A stretch of 64,000 bases of DNA from Podarcis erhardii (lineage: Eukaryota): NCBI GenBank assembly GCA_964252035.1, contig CAXUOO010000116.1; one strand, written 5' to 3'. Position numbers and translations under genes: made by a program. Each line of letters starts with the position of its first letter. Position 1 is the stretch's first letter. Positions 15,921 through 30,587 of this stretch are shown here, one piece after another. The notes below the pieces were generated by a model. It was given only the letters and a program-made list of their open reading frames with translations. It was not told where the DNA came from and did no database searches.

Positions 15921-16618
15921 AAGCACAGTCACAGACAAACATACATATAACTGAAAGACGAGTTTTAATTGTAAAAGCAACTGTTCGGTGGAAATAAACA
16001 ACAACCAAAAGCTTTTTAATGCTGCTGGCAAACGTGTGAACAGCACAGAATAGCAGGCGCTGCTTCTTCAGGACAGCTTTTTGTACTAAATTTGACAGGA
16101 GAAGACACGTGTTTGTTTGCTTGACTGCACCAACAAAGCTCCAATAAAGAGCCATAGCTTCAATACTGACTAAGCAGAATGAATCTCTGCTGCTAAAAGA
16201 GCACTGAAACTACTGCCTCTTGCTTTTGCTGCCGCTGCTGCCTCGTTTGTATGTGGGCTGGTAAAAAATCAGCACCAAAAGTCTTTTCTTGACTTCAGTG
16301 AGAAAAAAAAAAGTCCGTTTAGTGTCGAAGTTTCCATACATCTTAAATCTCTTTGCGACTCCTCTTCACTTACCTCAAAAATCAGCACGTATCTTTTTCT
16401 TCAAGGCAGAACGTTTTTGGTGAAATTTCGAGAAGCATCTCAGTCAAAATATAGATCACATAGGTGTGCAACAAGTATATCCATACAAACTATACGTACA
16501 TACATATATATATTTATATATGACGTGGTTGAGCGTCGTAGTCTAAACTCAGCATGTCTTTCTTTGGTTATATCATTCAGTTTACCTAGAAGAGCAACAT
16601 GTATGCATACAGAGTATA

Positions 16619-16669
<51 letters not shown>

Positions 16670-19308
16670 GTTGATTGACCGTAATAACTCTGCGATTCTA
16701 TTACAGTATGTGTAAAGCACATCTTTTTCTATTGTCATGCACAAGAAGACGCTTATTCAAAGACATTTGTTCCTGTATCAAGAACTTATGTGCGAGCATA
16801 CAATGTTCTATATGTATAAACCACATACATATATACGAATATACCAATATANNNNNNNNNNNNNNNNNNNNNNNNNNNNNNNNNNNNNNNNNNNNNNNNN
16901 NNNNNNNNNNNNNNNNNNNNNNNNNNNNNNNNNNNNNNNNNNNNNNNNNNNNNNNNNNNNNNNNNNNNNNNNNNNNNNNNNNNNNNNNNNNNNNNAGTAT
17001 TTGGATATTCGCAGAATTCTGAGAACGGGAGAAAGTCTTTGTTTGGCGCAAAAAGAAGAAGGAAACATACTTGGACCTTGCAGTTGCAGCGATTTTGGAC
17101 TTTTCTAGAGATATTAGCACAGCAGGGGGCGGCTTTGTGCTTTCGAAAGGAGGCGTGGAATATAAAGGAATCCAAAAAGGCGCCCGTGGATTGTTTTGGT
17201 GGTGCAAGGGGATTTTTTCATTCTACAGAAATCCAAGAAAGGGGGAAAAAGACAGGCAAGGAAAAAGCAAACAACTGCAGCCGAAGATGTACACACGACA
17301 GCTCGCAGAAAAAGTGAAAGAAGAAGAAAGGCAGTGAAAGTGAGAGCACAAGCAAGCTATCTAGACACAGTCGAAGCGAGGGCAGACTGGATAAGAAAGA
17401 AGAATGAAAGACAACAAAAGGTGTTTGAGAGAGGTAGGAGGAGAGCTACCTCACATATGCGCAAGCGATTTTTAAATTGAATTGTTTGCGCAGGTCAGCC
17501 CTGTCTGAAATTTTTGGAAAAAACGTGAGTGTCAGTGTGGGTTGAGAAGCGAGGGAAACACAGAAAGAGCGAAAAAAGAATTTACTAAACAGTTCGCTGA
17601 AAGACGTACTTGATTCGCTGGAAAGCAATGCGAGTTTCGCCTGAAAGTTGCTTTGAAGTGCCTTTTGCGTACAAGCTGATAATGATGTCCCATTGTTGTT
17701 TTTCATCTGCAGGCACCTGAAAAGAAAGGAAATGTGTGTGTTGCGAAAGCTGTATGAAGCCGTATTCAGAGACACTGCGAAACACACACTACACACACAG
17801 TCACAACTTGGAGTTGCAAATGACTGTACAGAAGAAGCAACACTGCTGTTTGGTCATGTATTATTGCATGCGTGACACGATAAAAGAGGCGAAAACAAGA
17901 GTTTCTCACGAAACTACTGCCCAAAGTGTGCTTCAAGAGCAAGAACCTTCTCTTCTACTGCACAGAAAAAAACGCCATTTGCGACATTATGAAGCCAAAC
18001 CAGCAGCAGCAACAGCAGCAGCAAGCAAAACATGCCCACCACTAATGGAAGTTCTTTTACTCGTCCCTCAGTTGGTCCAAAAACAAAGCGATCTTCTTTT
18101 CCTTCGTCCACATCATCACCTGCTAGATATTGAGCTACGCCCAACGCATCTTCCACTGCTTTGCTCAGTGCCCCAGGCGCTGCTCCCATTTGTCGCTGCC
18201 GAGCAAGGACTGACTGGCCTGAAGTGAGTCCACCAACCACATTCTACTTTAAAAATTTTTATATCTATGTATATTTCATGTGTTTGGTCGTTGTTTGGGT
18301 GACTACTACCAACCACCCTTTTTTAAATTAAGAAAATAGCGCATGCACGCATTTGAAAAATACCAAAAGTTTGCCTTGCTTTGATTCACCAGCCACCCAC
18401 TGCTGTCTGTTTGTCACAGCCGAACGCTACTGCCGGTTTTATACATACATATATATATGAGAATACAAATTTAGACATGTACCTATACAAATCATACAAG
18501 ACTTACAAAATAAGTGCGAGTCAGCAACAATCAAAGCGCGGTTTGTCCTAAGCTCCCGTTTATCACAGCTTCATAATTTCGCTCAAGAAAGTGAAACTCT
18601 CTGAAACGCTTTGTACATTTTTAAATATATATATGTGTGAATTCGTACGTACATAACTGCCTTCTACGAGATAAGTGAGAAACAGCATATTATTCATTTA
18701 GGTGAAAAAAAAATTTTACAGTTGCAGAAAGTGTACGCAGTGCTGCGCACTGCCGTATACGTGGGAACCGCCAGACTGTGAAATGTTTGATTTTCTACAA
18801 ACAAAAACTGCAGCTTCCTGTCGTGAAAATTCACTATAAGCACGTCTACATATATATACGCAGTGTTGTGAGCGCCATTGGACTTCTGTTTATGGCGATC
18901 CTTGAACAGATGTCTGCTCTTTTTCTTTTTTCATGAACATACGTGTATAAAATTCACAGAACAAACATTTAAAACATATGAGTAAAGTTCCAAAGCCACC
19001 ATACAGGTGCGGCGTTGTTGTTACAGAAGGTGCAATTTCATCTCTCTCTGAATGTTAGTTGCGATTTCTGCAAAAGTCTAACTGCAGCTAAATTACATAA
19101 TGAACTCGAGCAGTTGTATATAATATGCATGCGTAAATCGAAGAAAAACTGGTACGGGTACGCACGTAATTTCTATGGTCATGCGAACACACAGTAGAGA
19201 GAGCATAATATGAAAATTGAAAAAAAGGAAGCGTGATTCACTGTTCATTAAAACCCCAAATGCTTTCATATAAAGAGCGCCAACTCAAACCCCTATACGT
19301 GTGTAAAA

Positions 19309-19349
<41 letters not shown>

Positions 19350-19528
19350 TGTTATATATATAATATGTGTAGATGCAAGGAGTGTGTATGTAGTTATATA
19401 TGTATAGAAAACGGATACAAAATCGTTGAAGGAACTCGCGCCTGTATACATGCATACAAATAGAGGTAGTAGCTTCCTCCCGCCCCTCTTTATCTCTGTA
19501 TATACAAATAAATATATAGATTTACATC

Positions 19529-19578
<50 letters not shown>

Positions 19579-21697
19579 AGTATACGGCCGAAGCCCAAGA
19601 AGGCTCAAGGAGAGCGAAAGATGATGAACAAATATAGGAGTCGACGCAGAAAAAGACGTAAAAGCGCAAAAAATGGAATTTAAACTTTGTTTTGAAGTAG
19701 AAAAAGAGATGATCTTTATAAACTTGAGACAGCTAGAAAGGCAGCCGCAACTGCGTAGTTCCACTAAGAAAAAAGGCTCAAAAAGAAGAAGCGAAAGTCA
19801 AGATATAAAAGGCGTAAGCGAGTGAGATTGAAACGAGTTCACGTACGTATGTGTGTATATCTGTACATACACAAGTTCCACCGCGAAGCATTTGAAGCAG
19901 TTTACAAAGCTAGACATAAAATAAATGATTTTTTATAGCGGCTAACTGAAAGGCACAACACAGAACAGAAGCTACTGAGGAGATGGCATTCACCATATTG
20001 TTGTATGTAGTGCACGATACAACATTTACAAGCAAAGCTGAAGTGGATAAACTGCGTAGCAAAACGCTGACTCATAGACCCATAGAAGTGGGGAAAAATT
20101 GAGGGCAAAACCGCAACTTCTTTCAACCAAAGCAGCGTAAAGGGGCTAATGGTGGTGGATTCAAACTTCTCTGCATTATTCATCTTGACTTGAAAAAAGG
20201 CGATATACAGTTGTCCGTTGTTGTTGTTACACATTTTGTGCAAGTTTGTATGCCGTTAACTGAAGCCTCTTTGAGACTAAAAACGAAAATTACTATTTAG
20301 TTCAAACCCCCCAGAGAAAACCAGTGCACATGCCTAATCTGAAATCTTCAATAAAGTGATCAACGAGCCACTTGAAACCTTGCACCAGGCGTTATGCAGT
20401 CGATTCGTGTACACACAGTGTATACACAAATACAGAATTTAGTTTTCACATGTAAATTTGTGTATCTAGTTACACAAAGATAGATCCGTCTGCAAATCTG
20501 TGTGTAAGTGTAAAAATAAGCATCGACAAAAAGGGAAATTTGTGAAGTCAGCTCCAAAGAAGAATCGTGCAGACGCGCACACGTACACAGCAGCTTACTC
20601 ACGAGATTACATAATTCTACAAATATGTACATATATATATATTTGTGTAGTAGATGAGTTTAACTCGTAGAAGGATGAAGAACTGTCATATATTACCTGT
20701 TACCCATTTGGTTCGTTCCCTTAAAGGTCCGGCCCAAATTTCAACGGAAATTTTCGAGCCTAAAGCGCCTTGCACCTGCAACGCAGATAACCGAGACTAT
20801 AAGATACTGGACATATATTTGAGATAGAAAATAAACTGTGCCGATCTACGAAAAAAAACATGAAGGTGTACAAATATATAGACAACTTGTAGGCTGCTGA
20901 TCTGAAACCATTTATTTGCAGAACAGTTACAAGCGAGCAGATTCAGAAAGAAGATTTACAGCTGCATTTTTGCATATGTCTGGTTGATATGAGTGTGCAC
21001 ATGCAGAAAGTCCTACATACAAAAAGATATAAAAAAAAAAGAAGATATTAATGTGAAAGAAAGACTCCAGAGGGGATAACGAAGTGCACAGGTATATAGA
21101 TACATATAATCACGTAAATAATTACATACTTATATATATATGTGTGTACGTATCTACTTGTTTGGAAGTTTGCTGAAATTTAACACAAATAACGCACCTC
21201 GTAGACATCAGCAAGTATCACAAGAGGCTGTATAAAGGGATCTTCATGTGGTCTAGCAGCCACTGTATGAGCTGGCATTAAGTCTTCATCTCGTGCTAGT
21301 TTCTCTGCACGAGCGCTGAGTAATACGCGCCCTAAATACGAATTTGCTACTAAACGCCCTCCTTGGCCAGCTACTTTCGTTGCTTGAGAAACTTCTTTGT
21401 CATCAAAGCCGTAAAAATTGAACCATCTGCACAACCCAAACTCCAATATACATATAAATATATATATATATATATATGTTTGTGTATATGTATGTTCAGT
21501 GTGTTTGTATATGGAAGAAAAAACGACGTTTATTGAACCCCGCAAGTCACCGCAGCGTCGACTCCACACAAGCAATACCACTCGTATTTGAACTGCTTGG
21601 AAAAAGTTTCCTTACATAAAAACTGAAGCCGTGTTCGTATAAGTGGACACATATAAAAAAAAAGACGAAAACCAGTTATATATAAGACACTCCACAA

Positions 21698-21749
<52 letters not shown>

Positions 21750-21786
21750 TTATCAAAGCATATATGTGCAACATTAAAGTCGGACC

Positions 21787-21829
<43 letters not shown>

Positions 21830-24800
21830 GCACATGGATAGTTGTACACAAATGGATACTACGTGAACTCCAGAGTTTACATTGAGTTCATTGAACATCG
21901 GCTTACTACTTTTCAGCCCTGAAAGATTTAAGGTACAATACACATACATATATAGTACGTAAAGATATTTACATACGATGTCGTAAAAGTAGGTTATACA
22001 CATAGATTTACGTATACATATGAATTTATAGTCTGCGAAACGGCGCTCACTCACCTCGGCAACATTTGACGTCTTCGCAGTTCTGAAAAAGACAGTCGGC
22101 CCTGTAAATAAATTAAATTTTTTATTTGTAGTTTCACAAAGTTGGATGTATTTAAGGGTACGATATGAAGAACAGTCATATCTCCTAAAAACATATTTGA
22201 AAAAAAAGCCGCTTAAGCAACTGAAAGTAGGCAAAAACACTCCGTACTTGACTCACAACTCCTTGATGATAGTTACTTTCTTCGTATGTATATTAAGTGC
22301 TCAGCAGCATGCTAGAAAAGGTGCAGCTGATGTAATCATAAAATATATCACTGATGTTTAGCTAGAAAAACCATTCTATTTCAGTCAATGCAGTTGCTCA
22401 GGCTAACAAAACTCTCAATGTGCAAACTTATTCACAGCCGTAAAAACTCAGTATCAACATATCGACAACTCTTCTTTCTTGGAAAAAACACGGAAGTTGA
22501 ATTTAGACGCTACGTTATTGCAAAAACAGGAGAGCAAGTTTCTCCAATGTACACAGACTTCACAACTAGGCCTAGAGTCGTATATGCGTACGCATAAAAC
22601 CACATAAAATAGATATATATATATATATGTATAGTTGCATACTTGAAAGTTGGGTGAACAAGACCGTATTACATATATATATATATATATAAACGTAAGG
22701 TATGTTTTGCGGTTGCGTGCCAATGTGAAAAAGTCATTGAACACAACAGAGAAAATGAAAAGAAAACACAAGTAAAAATGCTTAGATATATATATACCAC
22801 TGCAATGAGTTCGTCAGGGCGCATAAAGTTCCAGTCCCAAACTTTTACTAAAATGGCATCTTCTGGAAGCGGAGTTATGACTGGTATTCGAAAACATTCA
22901 TTGAATGAATGTGAAGAACAAGCCCGTGCTTGCGTCTGCAGCAAAGACACAGAACGCCCAAATAGGATAGTATTGAGTACACACAAGCAAAATTTCTGGT
23001 CAAATAGATTTATGTACATGCATACATATATGTTAATATCACAAGTACAGAGTACACACAAGCATAATATTCAATCAATTAGACATATGTATATGCATAT
23101 AAGCTTATAATCATATTTCCGTAAATATATATACATATATATATACACTCTGCAGCGGGAATCGATCGAATACATTCAAAAAGCATATTTGCTTGGAATA
23201 CGCAGACACACACGAAGAATTAAAGAGTCAATAAGGAGGGTTGGAGAAAGAACAGGTAATACATTAAAAGGGGGGGACGTCAGGTTGATTTCATACAGAC
23301 GTGTGTCACCCATTTGGTTGAACGTTTCAGCTATGCATATGCTTTTAGCGCTCAAAGTTGACTACTTAAACGGAGAATTTTCTATGAGCTGTACAAGTAA
23401 AGCTAGCATCACGTACAACAGCAATTTATCTTCTGTCTAACACGTACTCAAAAACATTTGCAAGCCACACTTGAATTCTCAGATGACTGAAATGGATGTT
23501 TAACAACATATACAGACCTTACATATATATACATATATATACGAATATACATATATATATATATATGTAGATGTATACATGGCCATTAAAGCAGGTACAT
23601 GTACATGCACAGGCGAATACAATCGCACATATATGCGCAGTCAAGCACAACGTGAACTATGAAATGCATACAGGCTATTTAGAAACTTTTTGAAGAACCA
23701 TGTATAAGCATACACATATGAAGAGATAGACATTTTCGAATGAGCAATCAATATATTATTACATAGGCACTGACGCACTGCTTAAGGGATACTTTGATGA
23801 TTGCACAAGGCCAACAATTTCAAAGTGTGTTGTGCACGCAGACATATCATATCACAAAGACTGATGGTCAAAATGTGCTCATAAGCATTTAAAGAGCACT
23901 AAAATCAACCCAAAACACTGCCGGTGATGTGCATATATATATATATGTATACATATACATATGTACAGATAAAAAGTTGACACAATTTTGTATACATATT
24001 GTTCTGTGTTAGTCTCCTGAATCTATTCTTTAGAGTTTTGTTCGAAAACGAGCGTAGACGCGCTTGCACATTCGAACATACTGACGCAAATATGCGACGC
24101 AATTTGAAGGAAATCTTTATGAGGCTACAAGCTGGAAAAGCCCCCAACAAAATCAGAGGCGAATAAAGGACATAATAATATATCGTTACAACACTCCAGT
24201 AAATAGTTAAAGTCATTTATTTAGTGACTGGCTTGTCTGCAAAACTCCCTGTGCTATGCACACTTCGATGCTATGTCGAGGCGTGCAAAGAGAGAACAAA
24301 AAGAAGGAAAAAAAAGCTGCTCACTTATAAACAAACTTAGTATGGAAACATTTGTCATGTTTAAGCACTGCGACTTCGAATAGACTGCTTCTGAATCTGC
24401 TCAATTGCAAGATGTGCTTGACTGTGAAAATTACTACATAATGCACCAGTACTTCGTCTACTACGTAAACGAAGAAAAAGTACTTCATACTTGTATGGAT
24501 GCAAACATACACGGTATATTTTCTACAGAAGTATGTATATTCGTACGTGTACATGTATTCTCACTTATAAGGTAGAGACGACGACAAAGTATACTTTATC
24601 ACCTAAAGAAAACTGGAGCATATTAAAAAGTTCTAGGTTACAATTCAAAGCGCTGTGCTCTACGCAGGCTGCAGCATAAGTCACTGTATGCAGAGCGTTG
24701 AAAAAAATTGTTTGTTAACTTCACTTACCGACTTCAATTTACACCCTGCGAATTCGCACGTGACGAAAGGATCGCGATTTCCTGCCAAAAAGTGTTGAAA

Positions 24801-26505
24801 AAAATATTAAAAACACCTTAATCAGGTACGCTGCTCTAGTCTAGACCGACACAAACATCTCAGAACCACTTACATATTTATATACGTATGATTAGATATG
24901 GAGATTGACATGTATACGCGCTTATGTGCTGAAACAGAAAAAAAATAGGGTCGTCAAGGGGATGAGTAAAATTAATGATTTACCTCCCTTAAAGGGTTTG
25001 CGCTTACACTACATATTCATATATATACACGTGAGTTCATGCCTACATAATATATACATGTACAGAATGTATATGAAAGGAAGATTAGACAAATGATCCA
25101 TTTGTGCAAATCTGTAGATTCAGCAGAAACAGTAGTGGAGAAAGATCACAGTGTACAGAAATCTTCTGTGTTGACAAGCCAAGCACTCATAACACGCTTT
25201 TTTTCACTTTTTATCGCGAAAAACGTCCGTGAACTTGCGCGCAGTCGTAAATACATGTCGCGACTACGATATGCATATAATTCACTTTACATAGTGTATA
25301 TGAAATTTTTATATATATACATATATATATTTACACATCGATCGGAATGAAGATTGGATGGTGCCAAATCGTGACTGCAACAGGGCAAAAAATCACCTTG
25401 AATCCTCGAAAGCCTACGACTTTCTGTAGACGAATATGCTTCTTGATATACTGAGTTACGTTGATAAAAAAAATTAAATGCGTAGACGAATTCATACTAA
25501 CGCCTCTTGAGGTCGATTGAGTCAGTCTCACGAAAGCGAAGTTTGGAAGAATAACTTTTTCGTGCAGATTTGCGTGATATTTGAAGAAAATACCACACAC
25601 GTATACAAGTATCGAAGTGTAGGGATGAAGACAAGGTAGTCCACAAAAAGCTATTGATATTATATACGCAATCTCAAACAGATACATAATGACGTATACA
25701 AGCTTCGATTGCAGACTAACAGCGACCAATTATTACAAGCCCACACGCCAAAGCGANNNNNNNNNNNNNNNNNNNNNNNNNNNNNNNNNNNNNNNNNNNN
25801 NNNNNNNNNNNNNNNNNNNNNNNNNNNNNNNNNNNNNNNNNNNNNNNNNNNNNNNNNNNNNNNNNNNNNNNNNNNNNNNNNNNNNNNNNNNNNNNNNNNN
25901 NNNNNNNTTGCCAGAAATGAGACGTTTTGAGATGAATGTCTGCGTGTCGTGGTACTCACATCATTTAAGCTACACTGACATATATATATATGTATATGCG
26001 TTCTATATAAGCCCCATTCACGCTATTTGATTAGAAGCAGAGTCAGAGACATATCTGCCGTTTCACTGCAAGCGGAGATTGCTGTACAGTATCGATTTCT
26101 GAATACAGGTAGATGCAGAAATCCGATTTTACAGGTATGCAAGTAATCCTATATAGAAAAGAAGTACGTCTCGCTAATGCTTGTACACATGGAGTAGCGA
26201 TATATACATATACAGACACGTACACACTACGTATGGTAGTAAAAACTTCAACAATGTACACTGCACAGACAGGCAGTTTTCCTAAAAAGACTCAAAAACT
26301 CACCTTTGGAAGTTCGTGAAAGATCCTCGACACGATGAACAGTCACGTAAATGTGGTAGAGTCGAGCGCCTGGCTCGCGTGCCTGTCCCTCTGCAACATT
26401 CAAACAAAAGCCCCTCTTTTAAATTATGAGCATATATATATATATATATATACATATATTTACACAAATATACAGTGCAAACATATGTGCGCATGTATAC
26501 AATGC

Positions 26506-26542
<37 letters not shown>

Positions 26543-28307
26543 ATGTGAAAGAATTATCTTTGGTTGACACATACAGACATATATCAATTACAATTATAAA
26601 TCAAGTCGAAGCTTGTACAATATGTGAGTAACATATGATCACGATATCGGTAGTTCACTGTTATTTTCGACTGACTGTGTAACAACAGCGCCCAGTGCAC
26701 AAGTCGTAAGTACTTCTTTGAATCCCCTTTGTTACGCAAACATGTAATAAATAAGAATGTGGACTATGCAAGAATGAATAGGAATGTATGCGGAAATGTA
26801 TACACGCATTTCATCACCGCCCCTTGCATTAAACGTGGAAAAGCATACTGGCTATTGTAGAAAATGCGTAGAAAGATGAAGAAATGCTAGAGAGACTGAT
26901 ATTTGCATAGCATTCGAAAGACGACGCTGCTGTGCGAGGAATTGCCGTTTCACGGTCTATTACAAACGGTCGCTCAAACAACAACATAAAGCCGTTTATA
27001 AACGAGCCATACACGCGTTCTTTGATGTTCATCTGTCTCGCAGCCGTTATTGGAAACAATTTGATTTATGCCTTGATAATATGTGTCGCATAAGCACATA
27101 AAAATATATATATATATATGTAGATATATATGTATCTACTGGAAATTACCGTTTGTTCTTCTTGATCTTCGGCTGCGTACATATGACTACTACTATTATT
27201 TAAATGAGCCCACCAAGTGAAAGTGGTTCGCGCATTTATGAAGCAGTTGCTTTTTGATAGTCATTCATCAACTACAGAATCAAGACCAGCGAAACTATGG
27301 ACACCTTGAAGGTGTCTATATAATCAGTTTCTCCGAACATAAACTCAAGGTGTATCAGTCAGCTTTGCAGAATTATCTGTCTGAACCAATTATAGAATAG
27401 TTGGCTCTTGCTGGTGTCTTTAAACCCAAATTTATAGGGGATTTGCTCAACAAAGTGGTTAGCGGCTATTGATGCTAACATGCGTAAATCATACATAAAA
27501 CTGCTCACATATTGCGTTATTTTCAATCAACTCGCATATATACATGCATCAATGATATTGATCCTCCATTTAGATGATTGAGGGTTGCCGCTGCTAATTG
27601 AACTTATCACGCAATTGCAGGATATAAAATGACATTTGTTGCCATTGATGTCGCGCGAATTCGAATTGTATAACGTATTTCTGACGTGGCTACACAGATA
27701 ATCAATAAATAATATATATATCTTGGAGGAGTAATAGTTTACATATACATATACCACAAGTGCAAATGATACCAGGAACTAGTTGATCGGTATGTGTTTA
27801 CAGAGTGATACGAAAAATTTTACGTAAAAGCAAAGCAAACTGATACAATTTCCAACAACAAACAAGCCATCCGCTTTCAAATTTTCTACACCGTGAAGCC
27901 TCGGCCGCTTTTACATTTTGGAGTAAATTAACAACATACGCATTTAAGACATGGCAAACTATATATATGATACATTTTATATGAGCACATAATAAAATCC
28001 TGTTTCTGTCTCTTCGTGCACACTCAAATACATGAGATACACTTTCAATCATGTGCGCAAGCCTTTAGGCACACTGCGTGACAAATGTGTATGTGTACAT
28101 TCGACTTTCTAAAAAATTACGTCGTTTTTTCTTTTAATTCCAAAGGACTTCAACTCATTGTTGTTGTTTTGACACACACAGTTCTTACAGCTCACAAGCT
28201 ACAGATATTGAGACACAAAAATATAGGGTTCATACTGTGTGTTCGTGACAATATGCATGTCTTATGAAAACGCGTTCAATGCACTATCTACACCCACATA
28301 CCCATCT

Positions 28308-28353
<46 letters not shown>

Positions 28354-30527
28354 CTGTGTTTGTATATATGTATACACTTGACTGCAGATATATTTAATAT
28401 ATATATATATATATATATTTTTGAGTTGTAGTATGGTATGTGTCGGTGCCATCTCTTAAGAATTGATCGTATAAGGCTTACCGGAATGAGAGGAGACCAC
28501 CACGCTGACAGAGTTAGATGGAAGTGTTGCGTATACGACACTTTAGCAAATAAAAGAAGCAAAGTGGTGTGGGCAAATATATTCGTAAGTATCTGAACTA
28601 GTCTTTTGACTATTATTGCTGCTGCTAGGAACCAGCACTTTCGCTGCTCAATGCTGCGTCTGCTCAGAGCTTCAGCTGCTCAAACTTTCAATCTATGGTT
28701 GCTGTTGAATGCTTTTTCTTGCCCTATCTGTCACGACCCATACTGAAACTTCTCGTTGCCGAATCTAATTGCTGCTGAAACTGACTGTGTGAGTGGTGCT
28801 GTCGGTTACATTCCACTGCTCAAAGTTGCTACTTTGGCTGCTGAAGCGTTGCAGACGTTTTTGAAACATCCTTGTTTTGCTCCTTCTGACACTACTACTG
28901 CTGCTAGCGGCTTATAATTCGCAGTGATTTGCAATTGAATCTGTCTATTGCTGCTGCTGTGGTGGTGGTGTGGTAATGGTTGCTGTTGTTGATGCTGTCT
29001 TTTTTTTCCCTATTTGTCAGTCTGCTATTGTTGTAGTGGAACTTTCTGCTTCAGACGCTATCGGGCAGTAAAGGCAATTCGAGCATCACAGGCAAGTAGT
29101 CACATACTTTCGACTGCTTCTGCAACTGCTGTTGTGGGTGCTGCCGTTGCTTCGGCTTACTCGAAAATTAACAATTGCCTTTCACAAATAAGTTGCTGCA
29201 GTTGCTCCTTACATGTGTCTCGTCGTACAGATAACGTTACATACACCTGTACATACATATATATATATATATATATATACTTATCTGAATTGTTTGCGCT
29301 GCTGATGAACGAACTGCGTAAACAACGTAGCTAGAGGCTGTTTCTCCCGGTTTTGGTTCAGATACCAAGTGTTGTATGACCAAGCATCAACGTGTACTAC
29401 ACACTGTAGCAATTATTTATGTATAGATGTTGCTTTCTGAGTTTCCTTCTACTCACGTTGAGTATCAATGACAGCTCTTCGTAAATCTGCAACATCACTC
29501 TTTTCATCATCTTCCTCAGCAACTTCCTCGCCGGGACTTGGCGGCGCTTCTCCAGGTGCACAAGCAAATATGGTCACTCGCAAAGAACCCTAAAACACAC
29601 AAAAAATTGGTGCAATATAAAATGTATATACATATTTACATACACGTATAGAACATAAATTGGTTTTGCTGTATACTGCCTTGCGTATATACATACACAG
29701 ATATATATATCGTATACGTATTTGTAGAAGAACGAGTTTATACGTATTTGTAGAAGAACGAGTACTTCGGTGGAATTGACTACATACATTTCTAGTGAAA
29801 AAAAGAATAAGAGAGAGATAGACGGAGTCGACAACTCGACAAAGCAAAGACGCTTTCTGATGATAAAGACTATATACATACTGTAGGAAGTGGAAGAGTA
29901 AGAGAGAAAAAGAAGGGAACGAAAAAAGTCTTTTTGACATAACGCATCAATCCCCCGCCTCTCACGAAACGTGGCCGTGTAGATGAAGTTTGCCCATTCT
30001 TATTTCTCTTGCAAAAAAAATGAAAAAAGAAAGAGACGCTCAAAGGCAAACAGAGTGCGAGTGAGTCAGAGAGGGCGAAGGAAAGAAGTGCAGAACAGCA
30101 AAATCTACTAATATGCAAAGAAATCGCGCCTACAAACATACATACAGGTATGAACCAAGATTTATTGTACTGGAAAAAACAAGTTGAAAAGGCCTCTAAA
30201 ACAGATCGATGGAGAATTTTATGATTCGAGGAACTCGTAAAACCTACAAGTAGGTGGTATACATAAAGAGATAATCATATGTGCATACATATGTATATAT
30301 ATATATATATATATTCATGTATACGTCAATTTGAATATATATATATATATTATATACATACATACCTACCGGTTTATAAATATACATTAGAAATCTACCT
30401 ATCTTCTGTATGGAGATCGACAACGCACGACAAGGTGTAACACAGAAACGCTTACGTTTTTCAGTTCAAACTGCAAACGCACGCCTCACCACAAAATCCG
30501 TACAAGCCTTCTCGTCTGCCAACCTCC

Positions 30528-30587
<60 letters not shown>

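Noticed and set aside
17736-18227. 163-aa plus-strand ORF with a GTGAGT donor nearby
   Set aside because: Antisense shadow of ferlin exon 10
19902-20243. 113-aa minus-strand ORF ending near a GTGAAT donor in ferlin intron 9
   Set aside because: Exons 9 and 10 join in phase without it, there is no clear acceptor, and the translation is not ferlin-like
26829-27059. 76-aa minus-strand ORF in ferlin intron 3
   Set aside because: Not required by exon phases and no recognisable motif
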